From an uncultured virus (IMG/VR IMGVR_UViG_3300033148_003715) (taxonomy: Duplodnaviria > Heunggongvirae > Uroviricota > Caudoviricetes), in IMG/VR virus record IMGVR_UViG_3300033148_003715: 20,000 nucleotides of DNA, one strand, 5' to 3'. This document shows, one piece after another, positions 9,027-17,500 of the stretch. The stretch's first letter is position 1; every line of letters begins with the position of its first letter. The notes beneath the pieces were generated by a model that ran no database searches, was not told the origin of the DNA, and was given only the letters and a program-made list of their open reading frames with translations. The position numbers and the translations under genes were made by a program.

Positions 9027-10387
9027 GCGAGGCCGAGCACACCGTTATAGCCGGGATCCTCCAGTCGTCGTCGAGGCTGGCCGACGTTGGAGGGCTGCGC
9101 CCAGAGTTCTTCGGACTCAAGGAGACCAGGGCCCTGTTCGAGTACGCGACTGCCTACCACCGCAAGCGCGGGAGGAAGAACGCCCTCGACATTCCCCTGG
9201 CGCGGTCGAGGCTGGAGGCGTCCAAGTCCAAGATTGCCCTGGCCTTGCTGGAGTTGGTCGACGACTACTCGGACCAGGAGCCCGTCACGGAGGCGGAGTT
9301 CAAGGACGCCCTCGAGGTCCTGGCCTCCGAGAGGAGGCACCACGTCTTGCGCCGGCACGGGGCCGCGGCCCTGGAGGCGGTGATCGAGGGAGACCTGGAC
9401 GCGGCCACGAGGCGCATGAGGCGAGGCTTGGTCGAGGCGGGCGACGCGAGCCTTGACGACGACTCCCCCGTCGACGTCAGGTCCAAGAGGGAGATCGCCG
9501 AGGAGAAGCGTCTGCTCGAGCCCCCCGAGGAGGGGGAGGAGGAGCAGAGTTTCGACGTCGGCTTCCCGCGGATCACGAGGGCCGTCTCGCTGCGCCGCAG
9601 GGAGCTGACGATCCTCGGGGGATATAGCTCGGACGGGAAGAGCCAGTGGTCGAAGGCGCTCGTCTACAACGCCTCGCGCCTGAGCAGGGCCAACGTCCTC
9701 TTCGTCGCGCTGGAGATGAGCCGGAGGGAGATGCGCGTCCTGTTCGTGGCCCAGCACGCGGCGTCCCTCGACCGGCGCGGCGTCGACTACCGGGCGATCC
9801 TGGAGAGGAACGCGAGCGCGGACGACAGGAAGCTCTATCGGCGGGCCCTCGATGAGTTCGGCATCGAGGGCCACGAGGACCAGGAGGAGATCCGCTCCGA
9901 GGCCGGGGCGCTGATCGTGTGGTCGCCGAACAAGCGGATCAACATGGACGACTTCACCGACCGCATTCGGGCCATGCGGCGCGACGCCGGGATCGACATT
10001 GTCGTTGGCGACTTCCTAGAGCTGATCCAGCCGAGCCGCAACCTTGGGCAGTACAGGCTCAACCTGAAGGACATGGTCGAGGAGAGCAAGGCGCTCGCCC
10101 GCGAGGAGGGGGTGTGGATGATCCTCAACCACCAGATCAGTCGGAAGGGCAGAGACGACGCAGAGAAGAGGAAGCCCAGGCCCTACTATCTGATGCGCGA
10201 CCTGGGGGAGACGAGTGGGATCGAGCGCGCGGCCGACTCATTCCTCTGGGTCTACTACGACGAGGACCTCGAGGACGACCGCGAGGCCATCGTGGGTGTC
10301 GGCAAGGCTCGGAAGGGACGGAAGATCGTGCGAGGTTTTCCGGTGTTCGCCAACTACTCACGCGCCCTGATCGCGGAGATTGACTAG
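9023..10387 (+). CDS. dnaB: Replicative DnaB-family helicase
   Basis: LTILGGYSSDGKS (H1), LFVALEM (H1a), IVVGDFLEL (H2), LNHQISR (H3), DLGETSGIERAAD (H4), KARKG. N-terminal EAEHTVIAGIL..LRPEFF. Confidence 0.9.
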   Translation: MSEAEHTVIAGILQSSSRLADVGGLRPEFFGLKETRALFEYATAYHRKRGRKNALDIPLARSRLEASKSKIALALLELVDDYSDQEPVTEAEFKDALEVLASERRHHVLRRHGAAALEAVIEGDLDAATRRMRRGLVEAGDASLDDDSPVDVRSKREIAEEKRLLEPPEEGEEEQSFDVGFPRITRAVSLRRRELTILGGYSSDGKSQWSKALVYNASRLSRANVLFVALEMSRREMRVLFVAQHAASLDRRGVDYRAILERNASADDRKLYRRALDEFGIEGHEDQEEIRSEAGALIVWSPNKRINMDDFTDRIRAMRRDAGIDIVVGDFLELIQPSRNLGQYRLNLKDMVEESKALAREEGVWMILNHQISRKGRDDAEKRKPRPYYLMRDLGETSGIERAADSFLWVYYDEDLEDDREAIVGVGKARKGRKIVRGFPVFANYSRALIAEID

Positions 10388-10894
10388 GTGTCGTGGAAGT
10401 GCCCGACTTGTGGCCCGGTCGACGCCCCCATGTTCGGCGAGGACGAGCAGTTTCATTGCTCCAAAGTGGGCTGCGACGAGGTCGTCTCGATCCTCTCGGA
10501 GGCCGAGAGGATCGCCGCGCAGGGCTGGAAGAAGTTCAGTATCGGTCCTGGGCCGAGGAGGAACCACGCGAAGGAGGAGCAGGACAGCAGGACTGCGACG
10601 GCCGAGGGTAAGAGGATCCTGGCCAACATGGCCGCACGGAACGAGGCAAGATCGAGAGGAACGACGATCGTGAAGAAGACCAAGAAGAAGGCTGGAGTCA
10701 AGGACCAGAAGAAGTCGGCGGCGGCCAAGAAGAAGCCCGACGCGACCTCGGCCGAGGTCGCGGCGATCGAGACCTGCCTCCGCGCGCTCGAGGGACTTGA
10801 CGCGGCCGAGTCGGTGATTCGCTACGTGGCTCGCCGGCACGGTCTCTCGGTCCTCGCCGTTGGACAGAACGCGACCTCGACTCGCGCCCTATAG
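10388..10894 (+). CDS. Zn-ribbon protein with Lys/Ala-rich segment
   Basis: WKCPTCG..HCSKVGC N-terminus, then KKTKKKAGVKDQKKSAAAKKKP and a short helical C-terminus. GTG start immediately follows the dnaB stop; GGAG upstream. Confidence 0.7.
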   Translation: MSWKCPTCGPVDAPMFGEDEQFHCSKVGCDEVVSILSEAERIAAQGWKKFSIGPGPRRNHAKEEQDSRTATAEGKRILANMAARNEARSRGTTIVKKTKKKAGVKDQKKSAAAKKKPDATSAEVAAIETCLRALEGLDAAESVIRYVARRHGLSVLAVGQNATSTRAL

Positions 10895-10912
10895 GTTTGG
10901 GATATCCCAAAC
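10895..10912. promoter_or_regulatory. 18-bp palindrome copy 3 (perfect)
   Basis: GTTTGGGATATCCCAAAC fills the whole gap between TAG (10892-10894) and ATG10913. Confidence 0.8.
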
Positions 10913-11569
10913 ATGGGTGAGGTCGGGAGGAGGATCGCGCGAATCAAGCTGGTTCCGTTCGAGGACGCCCTCAGGACGGTCGCCCCCGCCTGGCTCGAGA
11001 TCCCCGACTCGCTCCCGGCGATGATCGAGTGTCCGCTCCCCGACCACGATGACGTGACTCCCTCGTGTTGGGTCCAGCCGCACCGCTGGCACTGCTTCGG
11101 GTGTGGTTGCGGTGGCGATGTTTTGGATCTGGTCCAGGGGTTGATCGGGGTGGAAGTCGTCGCGGCCCTCCGGGTGGTCGAGCACGCACTCGGGTTCCGT
11201 CAGGGCGAGGACGAGGAGCTGTTCGAGCTGCTCGCCAGGTCTCGGGCCCGGCCGAGTCCGACCATCGATCGCCGTTCCTGGGAGGCCGAGTTGGAGCAGA
11301 TCGAGCGAGACTACTTTGATCGGGTCCGCCCCTATCTGAGGTGTCGTGATCCGATCGTCTCGGGTCGGGCCTGGTCGGTTTCCGATTACGTCTTCGCCCG
11401 GCTCGCTCTCGCGGCCTGGCCGGTCCCGAAGACCGCGCGCCGAGCCCGTGAGGTGACGCGCCGGCTCCGGTCGTGGTCGCAGGCCTACGCGGCCGGGCTC
11501 GAGGCGGACGTCGAGAGGATCACGGGCAAGGATCGCCTGGATGTCTCGCTCCAGCATTGGCTGCAATAG
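10913..11569 (+). CDS. CHC2 (DnaG-type) zinc-finger protein without TOPRIM domain
   Basis: CPLPDHDDVTPS..WHCFGCGCGGDVLDLV..G.....AL is the DnaG Zn-binding domain. The remainder is a short helical region with no EGxxD or DxD TOPRIM motifs. Confidence 0.85.
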   Translation: MGEVGRRIARIKLVPFEDALRTVAPAWLEIPDSLPAMIECPLPDHDDVTPSCWVQPHRWHCFGCGCGGDVLDLVQGLIGVEVVAALRVVEHALGFRQGEDEELFELLARSRARPSPTIDRRSWEAELEQIERDYFDRVRPYLRCRDPIVSGRAWSVSDYVFARLALAAWPVPKTARRAREVTRRLRSWSQAYAAGLEADVERITGKDRLDVSLQHWLQ

Positions 11570-11606
11570 GGTTACAACCTTCTCGGGATCTTTCTGGTTT
11601 CACCCC

Positions 11607-11641
11607 TTGTGGGGTGGGTATGACCCGGCTATAACGTGGGT
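11607..11641 (+). promoter_or_regulatory. Putative sigma70-type promoter (TTGTGG-N17-TATAAC), possibly giving a leaderless transcript
   Basis: TTGTGG 11607-11612, 17-bp spacer, TATAAC 11630-11635. ATG11642 follows 6 nt later with no SD. Overlaps the inverted repeat CACCCC-TTGT-GGGGTG (11601-11616). Confidence 0.45.
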
Positions 11642-12064
11642 ATGAGCAGCACAACCAAGACCCGCCGCCGACCCAAGAACATGGCCGAGAAGAACCTGAC
11701 CTGCTCGCGCTGCAAGGGCACCGGCTACGTCGACTCCCCCGTCCTCTACGCGGGCCGCCCCGGTGGCTGCTTCAAGTGCGCCACCCGCGGAACGGTCCCG
11801 AACCGGGCCAAGCAGTACCGGCTCGACCTCGAGGAGGCCCGCTCCAACCTGGTCGAGGCTCAGAAGGATGTCCCCGAGGCTCGCAGGCTGATCGAGGAGG
11901 CGGTCGTGGCGAAGCGGGCCCGCTATGAGGCCAAGGGGACGGAGTTCACCGCCAAGCGCGAGGCCAGCTACCGCGGGCGGCTCCAGAGCGACGTCGACCG
12001 TGCCTTGAAGGCCCTCTCTTACCGCGAGGCCGAGCTGGCCGCCTTTGTCGACGAGGGGATTTAG
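11642..12064 (+). CDS. Small Zn-finger (CxxCxGxG, DnaJ-like repeat) coiled-coil protein
   Basis: CSRCKGTG..GGCFKCATRG followed by a helical, charged C-terminus. Strong GC3 bias. Start could alternatively be ATG11681. Confidence 0.75.
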   Translation: MSSTTKTRRRPKNMAEKNLTCSRCKGTGYVDSPVLYAGRPGGCFKCATRGTVPNRAKQYRLDLEEARSNLVEAQKDVPEARRLIEEAVVAKRARYEAKGTEFTAKREASYRGRLQSDVDRALKALSYREAELAAFVDEGI

Positions 12065-12105
12065 TTGTAAGGGCGACGAATAAGAACAACACGAAGGAGA
12101 CAACC

Positions 12106-12558
12106 ATGAAGAAGCAGACCAAGCTCGATCGCGCCCAGATCCTCATCCTCGCCAATTCCGAGGAGGGAGGGTCGGTCAGTGTCTCGAGCCGGTATGGTGG
12201 GCCGAGCTGGGCCGAGGGTACCGGCATCGGGCTCGGGACCATTCAGCGGGCCGCGAAGATCCTCGAGGATCGGGACCTGCTCCGCACCCCCGGCTACAAC
12301 AACCGGTCGAGCCACTACCACCGGACGACCGAGGCCGAGCGGCGCGAGGCTCGCGAGGTCACCCACCGCCGCCACGCCGCCGACGCCGAGTCGAAGGACG
12401 TCCGGGCCACCCTCGAGGGCCACGGGGTTGAGACCAAGAAGGACTACGGGACCGACATCATCATGACCGCCGCCAACGCCCGCAAGCTCCTCGCCCTGAT
12501 CGGGTCCAGCGCGGACGCCGAGACCCTCGCAGCGGTCCGGGCCCTGCTCACCAAGTAA
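12106..12558 (+). CDS. Hypothetical protein (possible winged-helix-like N-terminus)
   Basis: AAGGAG RBS, ATG start, strong codon bias. GTGIGLGTIQRAAKILEDRDLL resembles a wHTH recognition helix. Confidence 0.8.
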   Translation: MKKQTKLDRAQILILANSEEGGSVSVSSRYGGPSWAEGTGIGLGTIQRAAKILEDRDLLRTPGYNNRSSHYHRTTEAERREAREVTHRRHAADAESKDVRATLEGHGVETKKDYGTDIIMTAANARKLLALIGSSADAETLAAVRALLTK

Positions 12559-12580
12559 CCAAGCCCAGAAGGCGACCGAC

Positions 12581-12604
12581 AAGGAGGCGACTATGACCAA
12601 GTAG
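12581..12604 (+). other. Minigene: AAGGAGG RBS + ATG ACC AAG TAG (Met-Thr-Lys-stop)
   Basis: Full SD at 12581-12587, 5-nt spacer, ATG12593, stop at 12602-12604. Confidence 0.5.
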
Positions 12605-12610
12605 TCGGCA

Positions 12611-12671
12611 GCGTGTCTAAGGCGGATTGGCCCTCGGGGGTCGGTGACGGGTTCGACTCCCGTGGCGCGCG
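12611..12671 (+). ncRNA. tRNA-like small RNA (acceptor stem + canonical T-arm; no D-stem; 4-nt loop in place of the anticodon loop)
   Basis: Acceptor GCGTGTC (12611-17) / GGCGCGC (12664-70). D-loop-like TAAGGCGGATT. Stem GGCCC-TCGG-GGGTC. Linker GGTG. T-arm ACGGG-TTCGACT-CCCGT. Discriminator-position G, then TCA. Confidence 0.65.
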
Positions 12672-12703
12672 TCAACCCTGATTAGTAGACCAAGGAGAAG
12701 GCT

Positions 12704-13105
12704 ATGAAGACCACCACGACCCAGAAGATCATGAACGCGATCCGGGACCTGCATGACTCGACCCCGAAGATCGTCGCCGCGACCGGCCTGGCGGCCTCGA
12801 CGGTCCGGCGCAATCTGTCCGTCCTGCGCGAGTCCGGCCAGATCGTCGCGGCCGGTCAGGCCCGGCCCCGGGGCTACACCTACTCGCTCCCGACCCCGGA
12901 GCCCATGCCGGAGTTCGTCACCACCGCCACCCCGGAGGAGACGATCATCGCCACCCTCGAGGCCCCGACCCCGTTCGGCCTCATCGCGGCCCGGACCCGG
13001 ATCAAGCGGGTTCGGCTCCAGGCCGTCCTGGTCCTGCTCGTCCAGGACGGGAAGCTGATCCGGGAGCGGATCAGCGGCGGCTGGGTCTACCAGCGGACCG
13101 CGTGA
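12704..13105 (+). CDS. Tandem winged-HTH DNA-binding protein
   Basis: AAGGAG RBS. Two wHTH-like units (STPKIVAATGLAASTVRRNLSVLRESGQI and TPFGLIAARTRIKRVRLQAVLVLLVQDGKL) joined by a Pro/Thr linker. Confidence 0.8.
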   Translation: MKTTTTQKIMNAIRDLHDSTPKIVAATGLAASTVRRNLSVLRESGQIVAAGQARPRGYTYSLPTPEPMPEFVTTATPEETIIATLEAPTPFGLIAARTRIKRVRLQAVLVLLVQDGKLIRERISGGWVYQRTA

Positions 13106-13219
13106 CCCCTCAGGGGCCGCTCACAGGTCTCGATCTCCCCCTGGGGGGATCCGGGCCTGTCGGGCGAGATCGTGCGCGAGGCGAGCCCGGAGAGCGTCAC
13201 AGGGCACGCCCGGGAGAAG

Positions 13220-13237
13220 GTTTGGGATATCCCAAAC
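13220..13237. promoter_or_regulatory. 18-bp palindrome copy 4 (perfect)
   Basis: GTTTGGGATATCCCAAAC in the intergenic region about 40 nt upstream of ATG13277. A second perfect palindrome, GACCCCCCGGGGGGTC (13243-13258), is adjacent. Confidence 0.8.
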
Positions 13238-13276
13238 TCCTTGACCCCCCGGGGGGTCTACTTGGGAGAGGAGACC

Positions 13277-13444
13277 ATGGTCGATCAGGAGAGATGGAAG
13301 AGGGTTAGGAGGGCCGCCAAGGTTAGGCGAGACACGCTCCTCAGGGAGTTGTTCGAGGCCGAGGAGCGCGGCAACTCGACTCGAGTCGAGATTCTGCGGA
13401 TAGGGATCTCAACCGCCGACCGAGAGGCGAGGGGGGAGGCGTGA
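13277..13444 (+). CDS. Small hypothetical protein (55 aa)
   Basis: GAGGAG RBS before ATG13277. The stop overlaps the next GTG (GTGA). Confidence 0.6.
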   Translation: MVDQERWKRVRRAAKVRRDTLLRELFEAEERGNSTRVEILRIGISTADREARGEA

Positions 13445-14550
13445 TCGCCGAAGGGGAGTTTACCCTGCACGAGATCCGGGCCCAGCAGGTCAGGCTCGAC
13501 CAGATCACGTCCCGGCTCGGGACGTTTCGGGAGTCGCTCTCCTTCAAGAGGGCCACGGCCGCCGCGGGGGAGACGGAGGCCGAGGCCCGCACGCTCGGCG
13601 AGGCCCTCAAGGTCGAGGAGTTCCGCGAGGCCCTCGAGGCGTACTCGACGGCGCGGGATAGGGAGCGGCAGGCCCAGAAGGCGTTCAACCGATGTCGTCG
13701 CACCAGGAGGGGCGGCTACACCGAGACCGGCGAGACCAGGAGGAACGAGCTGGCTGGGGCTCAGTCGAGGCTCAACTCGGAGCGCCTGCGCGTCCTGGAC
13801 CTGGCCGACCGCCACGGGGTCCCGGTCAACCTCGCGGCCTACGGCTCGGGGTCGCTCCTAAGTGACCTCAAGTGGCGACTCAAGAATCTGATCGCCAGTT
13901 ACCGGGACGGGGATCTCCCGGCCCTGATCTCCGGCACCGAGAGGGAGGAGCGCGAGTTCCGCGAGGCCCTGGACGCCATGCGGGGATCCCAGATCACGCC
14001 CAAGCGGGTCCGCCTGTTCGGACTCTACCTGAGCCTGAAGGCGCAGAAGACCCTCGTCAAGCTCTCGGCCGGGTACCAGCCCAAGAAGAAGACGATCGAG
14101 AATCAGGCGGCGACCTATGACGTCCTCGTTGACCTTGGCATGATCGAGCGGACAAGCCGGGTCTCGGTCGAGGACTTCGGGAGGGACGTCGCGGAGTGGC
14201 TTGAGCTGAACGTGTTGGTCCCGGATGTCAAGACCGCGGAGGCCAGGTCGGTCCCGCTGCGCGACGTCAAGAAGGCATTCACGGAGGACGAGCGGGGAGA
14301 CATGGTGACTCGGGCCAGGACAGAGTTGGCCCGGATCGTCGCGGAGGGCGAGGACGACCTGAGCACGATCCAGCTCGGCGTCGACGGGGCCAGCTACGAG
14401 ATCCTCAGGACCCGAGGGGCGCTTAGGTGGTTCCTGCGAATGATCGGTGGTTTGGCGGAGAAGCAGCCAGGCGTGAGAGCCAGGATCCGCTCGAGGAAGC
14501 GCCCTCCCGCGTTCGTCCCAGGGAGGATCGTCAATGTCGGACAGGCGTGA
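13441..14550 (+). CDS. Hypothetical protein, coiled-coil-rich
   Basis: 369-aa ORF with GGAGG RBS, coupled GTG start and good codon bias. No recognised motif. Confidence 0.75.
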   Translation: MIAEGEFTLHEIRAQQVRLDQITSRLGTFRESLSFKRATAAAGETEAEARTLGEALKVEEFREALEAYSTARDRERQAQKAFNRCRRTRRGGYTETGETRRNELAGAQSRLNSERLRVLDLADRHGVPVNLAAYGSGSLLSDLKWRLKNLIASYRDGDLPALISGTEREEREFREALDAMRGSQITPKRVRLFGLYLSLKAQKTLVKLSAGYQPKKKTIENQAATYDVLVDLGMIERTSRVSVEDFGRDVAEWLELNVLVPDVKTAEARSVPLRDVKKAFTEDERGDMVTRARTELARIVAEGEDDLSTIQLGVDGASYEILRTRGALRWFLRMIGGLAEKQPGVRARIRSRKRPPAFVPGRIVNVGQA

Positions 14551-14586
14551 TATGACCCCTGGTCTGTGGGTGCAACCGTGAGAGAG

Positions 14587-17500
14587 ATGTCGGACCAGGA
14601 CGAGCTGATCGACGCCGCCCGCGAGGTTCTCCTGCACCCGCTCGTCTCCGGGAACGCGGTCGCGCGGAAGCTCCTTGAGTTGCTCGAGGACGATCCCGAC
14701 CAGGTCCTGTCTCTCGTGCTCGGCGAGACCTCGCCCCGAGGGAAGCCGACCGTGCAGGCCGTGTTGGAGCGGAAGAAGGCGCACCAGAGAAGCAAGAAGA
14801 GGAAGCCGAGGAGACGTGTCTGTAGGACGGAGCCGATCCCCCAGCTCAGGCTCTACACGTTGGCCGAGCGCCCTTCCCGGCCCCTCACGGTGGTCGATGT
14901 CCCGACCGAGGGAGGCCAGGTCTGTCCCGCTTCGGAGTTCCCCTACCACGACCTCGGGCACGAGGAGTTGAACCCGATCCAGACCGCGGTCCTGCCATGG
15001 GTCGATAGGGACGTGAATCTGGTCGTGGCGGCGGCGACCTCCGCGGGTAAGACGATTGCGGCTGAGATGATGATCGCGGACGGTCTCGCCCGGGGTGGTA
15101 AGGGGATCTTCCTCAGTCCGCTCCGCGCCGTCAGCCAGGAGAAGCACGACGACTGGACGGGTGATCATCCTTGGAGCGAGTTGGGGGTCTCGATCGTGAC
15201 CGGTGACTACTCCCTCACGGACAAGCGGAGACGGGAGCTGCGTAGGGCCGATGTGGTCGTCATGACATCGGAGATGTTGGATTCAAAAAGCAGGAGAATG
15301 AGCAATCAGAACGAGTTCCTGAACGAGGTGCTCGCGCTCGTCGTGGACGAGGCCCACCTGCTCACCATGAAGGGCCGAGGGGATGCGCTCGAGTGTGGGG
15401 TGATGCGATTCACGAGGAAGAACCCGAGCGCGAGAGTCATTCTTCTGAGCGCGACCATGCCCAACGTGGACGAGCTGGGGACGTGGCTGACGTGCTTGAA
15501 CGGGAAGCCCTCGGTGGTGATTCGTTCGGACTGGCGCCCGACCCGGCTCACCGTTCACTGGCCCACCTACCGGGTCAGCCACGGCCGGGGCAGTTACCAG
15601 CGGAACGAGGCGAGCAAGCGCAAGGTGACGCTCGACCTGGTCGATCGCTACCCGGACGACAAGTGGTTGATCTTCGTCCACGGGAAGAAGGCCGGCTGGA
15701 GCTTGCTCGAGGAGCTGCACGAGCTGCACGAAGAAGCCGAGTTCCACAACGCCGACTTGGCCCGTGACAAGAGGATCGAGCTGGAGCGACGATTCAGATC
15801 CGGCTCCCTCCGGGTGGTGGTCGCGACCAGCACGCTCGCCTACGGGTGCTACAGGCACGGGACCGCGGTGGCGCTGGCCGACGGGACCCTCAGAGCCATA
15901 GAGAAGGTCGGACCAGGAGACGATGTCCTGTCCCTTGTCGACGGTCGATTTATATCCAGCCGGGTTCGATTCGCAGCGGAGAAGCAGGTTGAATCTGCCC
16001 TGAGGATTCGCCTCCAAACGGGCGAGACGTGCGATGTCAGCCGCGATCACGTGTTCTACGGGGCCGTCAGGCGGGACTCTCCTGCCTGGGTAGAAGCTCA
16101 CGAACTGGTTGTCGGGGACTTCTTGGCGGTTCCCTCGAATCTCGAATCGCCTCGGTTCATGATCGGCGAACAGGTCGAGGACGAGTGGGCCTATGTTCTG
16201 GGGTTCGTCCACGGTGATGGGTCGATCTGTCGCGCAGGATCCCACGCGGACGGAAAGTCGAAGCTGCAACTTGACGTCTCCGCAGGACATGAAGACGCAG
16301 ATCATCTGCATTGTTTCTGGGGGATACTCGAGGACGTCACTGGCGAACGGTTCCCAGAACCGAGGAGACGCCGGGACGGGGTCTGGCACATGGTCACCAA
16401 GCGTCGGGCCGTCGTTGATGCTATCGCGGCTGAGTTCGGACCGTGGGACAAGGCGTCTCTAGGTATTCCTGATCGAGCCTCAGACAACACGCGGTCGCTT
16501 CGGTCGTATCTGCGCGGTCTGTTCGACACCGACGGCTGGGTTCAGAAGCACGGCGAGAAGAACTTCTCGGTCGGACTCAGCAGCATCAGCGAGACCCTCA
16601 TCAGACAGGTTCAACACCATCTTCTGAGGTTCGGCGTCCGAGGCAGCGTTACTCGCCACCGCATGAGGGATTCGGTGTTCGGCGAGAGGATCCAGCCGGC
16701 CCGCCGCGACTACTCATGGAGGGTCACGATCTACAACTTCCAGGCGATCAGGTTTCGCGAGCGCATTGGGTTCCGTCTGGAGCGGAAGCGCGACCGACTG
16801 GACGAGTTCGAGTTCGGGGGAACCGAGCCCAACGCGACGGCCGATCTGATCCCCGTTCGTGGCCTGATCGACGATCACCTCTTGGTTAATCAGACTTCTC
16901 CTTCTGATCTTGAGAGGGAAACAGGCCAGAGACGTTGGTGCGTGGTGAATAGGAAGGACATCACCCGTGCTTCTGCTCAGAAGATCATCAAGGCGTTCCC
17001 TGACTCGTCTGCTCTGAACGATCTAGTTGACCAGAACGTCCTCTGGAAGAAGGTGGTCGAGATCGAGGACGTTGAGGGAGGCAGGTTCCAAGACATCACC
17101 GTCGACGGACAGAACTTCGTCGGTGCCGGGATCGTCTCGCACAACTGTAATCTGCCCGCCCGCCGAACTCTCATTCTTGGGGTCCACCGGGGCATCTCCG
17201 AGGTGGACCCGATCGACGTCAAGCAGGAGTGTGGACGCGCCGGTAGGACGGGCATGGACTCAGAGGGGGACGCCTACGTGTTGATCCCCGAGAACCGGGC
17301 TAGACAGGTCAGGCAGCGGTTCAGCCTCGTCCCCAGGATCGAGTCCAGGATCAACGACGTCGACGTTCTCGCGTTCCACCTCACGGCGGAGGTCGCGGAG
17401 GGTGACGTGCGGACCCTGGCCGACGCGGTCGCGTGGCACTCGAGGAGCTTGGCCGCCCACCAGGGCAACGGCCTCGAGGAGGACGGCGCACTGGTCTCGG

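Noticed and set aside
11601..11616. CACCCC-TTGT-GGGGTG as an intrinsic terminator
   Set aside because: No U-tract follows on either strand. The T-rich stretch precedes it on the + strand.
12611..12674. Canonical tRNA or tmRNA gene
   Set aside because: No D-stem, a 4-nt loop instead of a 7-nt anticodon loop, no G3:U70 and no tag-reading-frame domain. Reported as tRNA-like instead.
13241..13265. Sigma70 promoter from TTGACC at 13241
   Set aside because: No -10-like hexamer at 16-18 bp spacing. TCTACT and TACTT lie too close.
13102..13308. ORF 13102..13308 and the 5' extension 13172..13276
   Set aside because: They run through palindromic intergenic DNA with no protein features. ATG13277 has the clear RBS.
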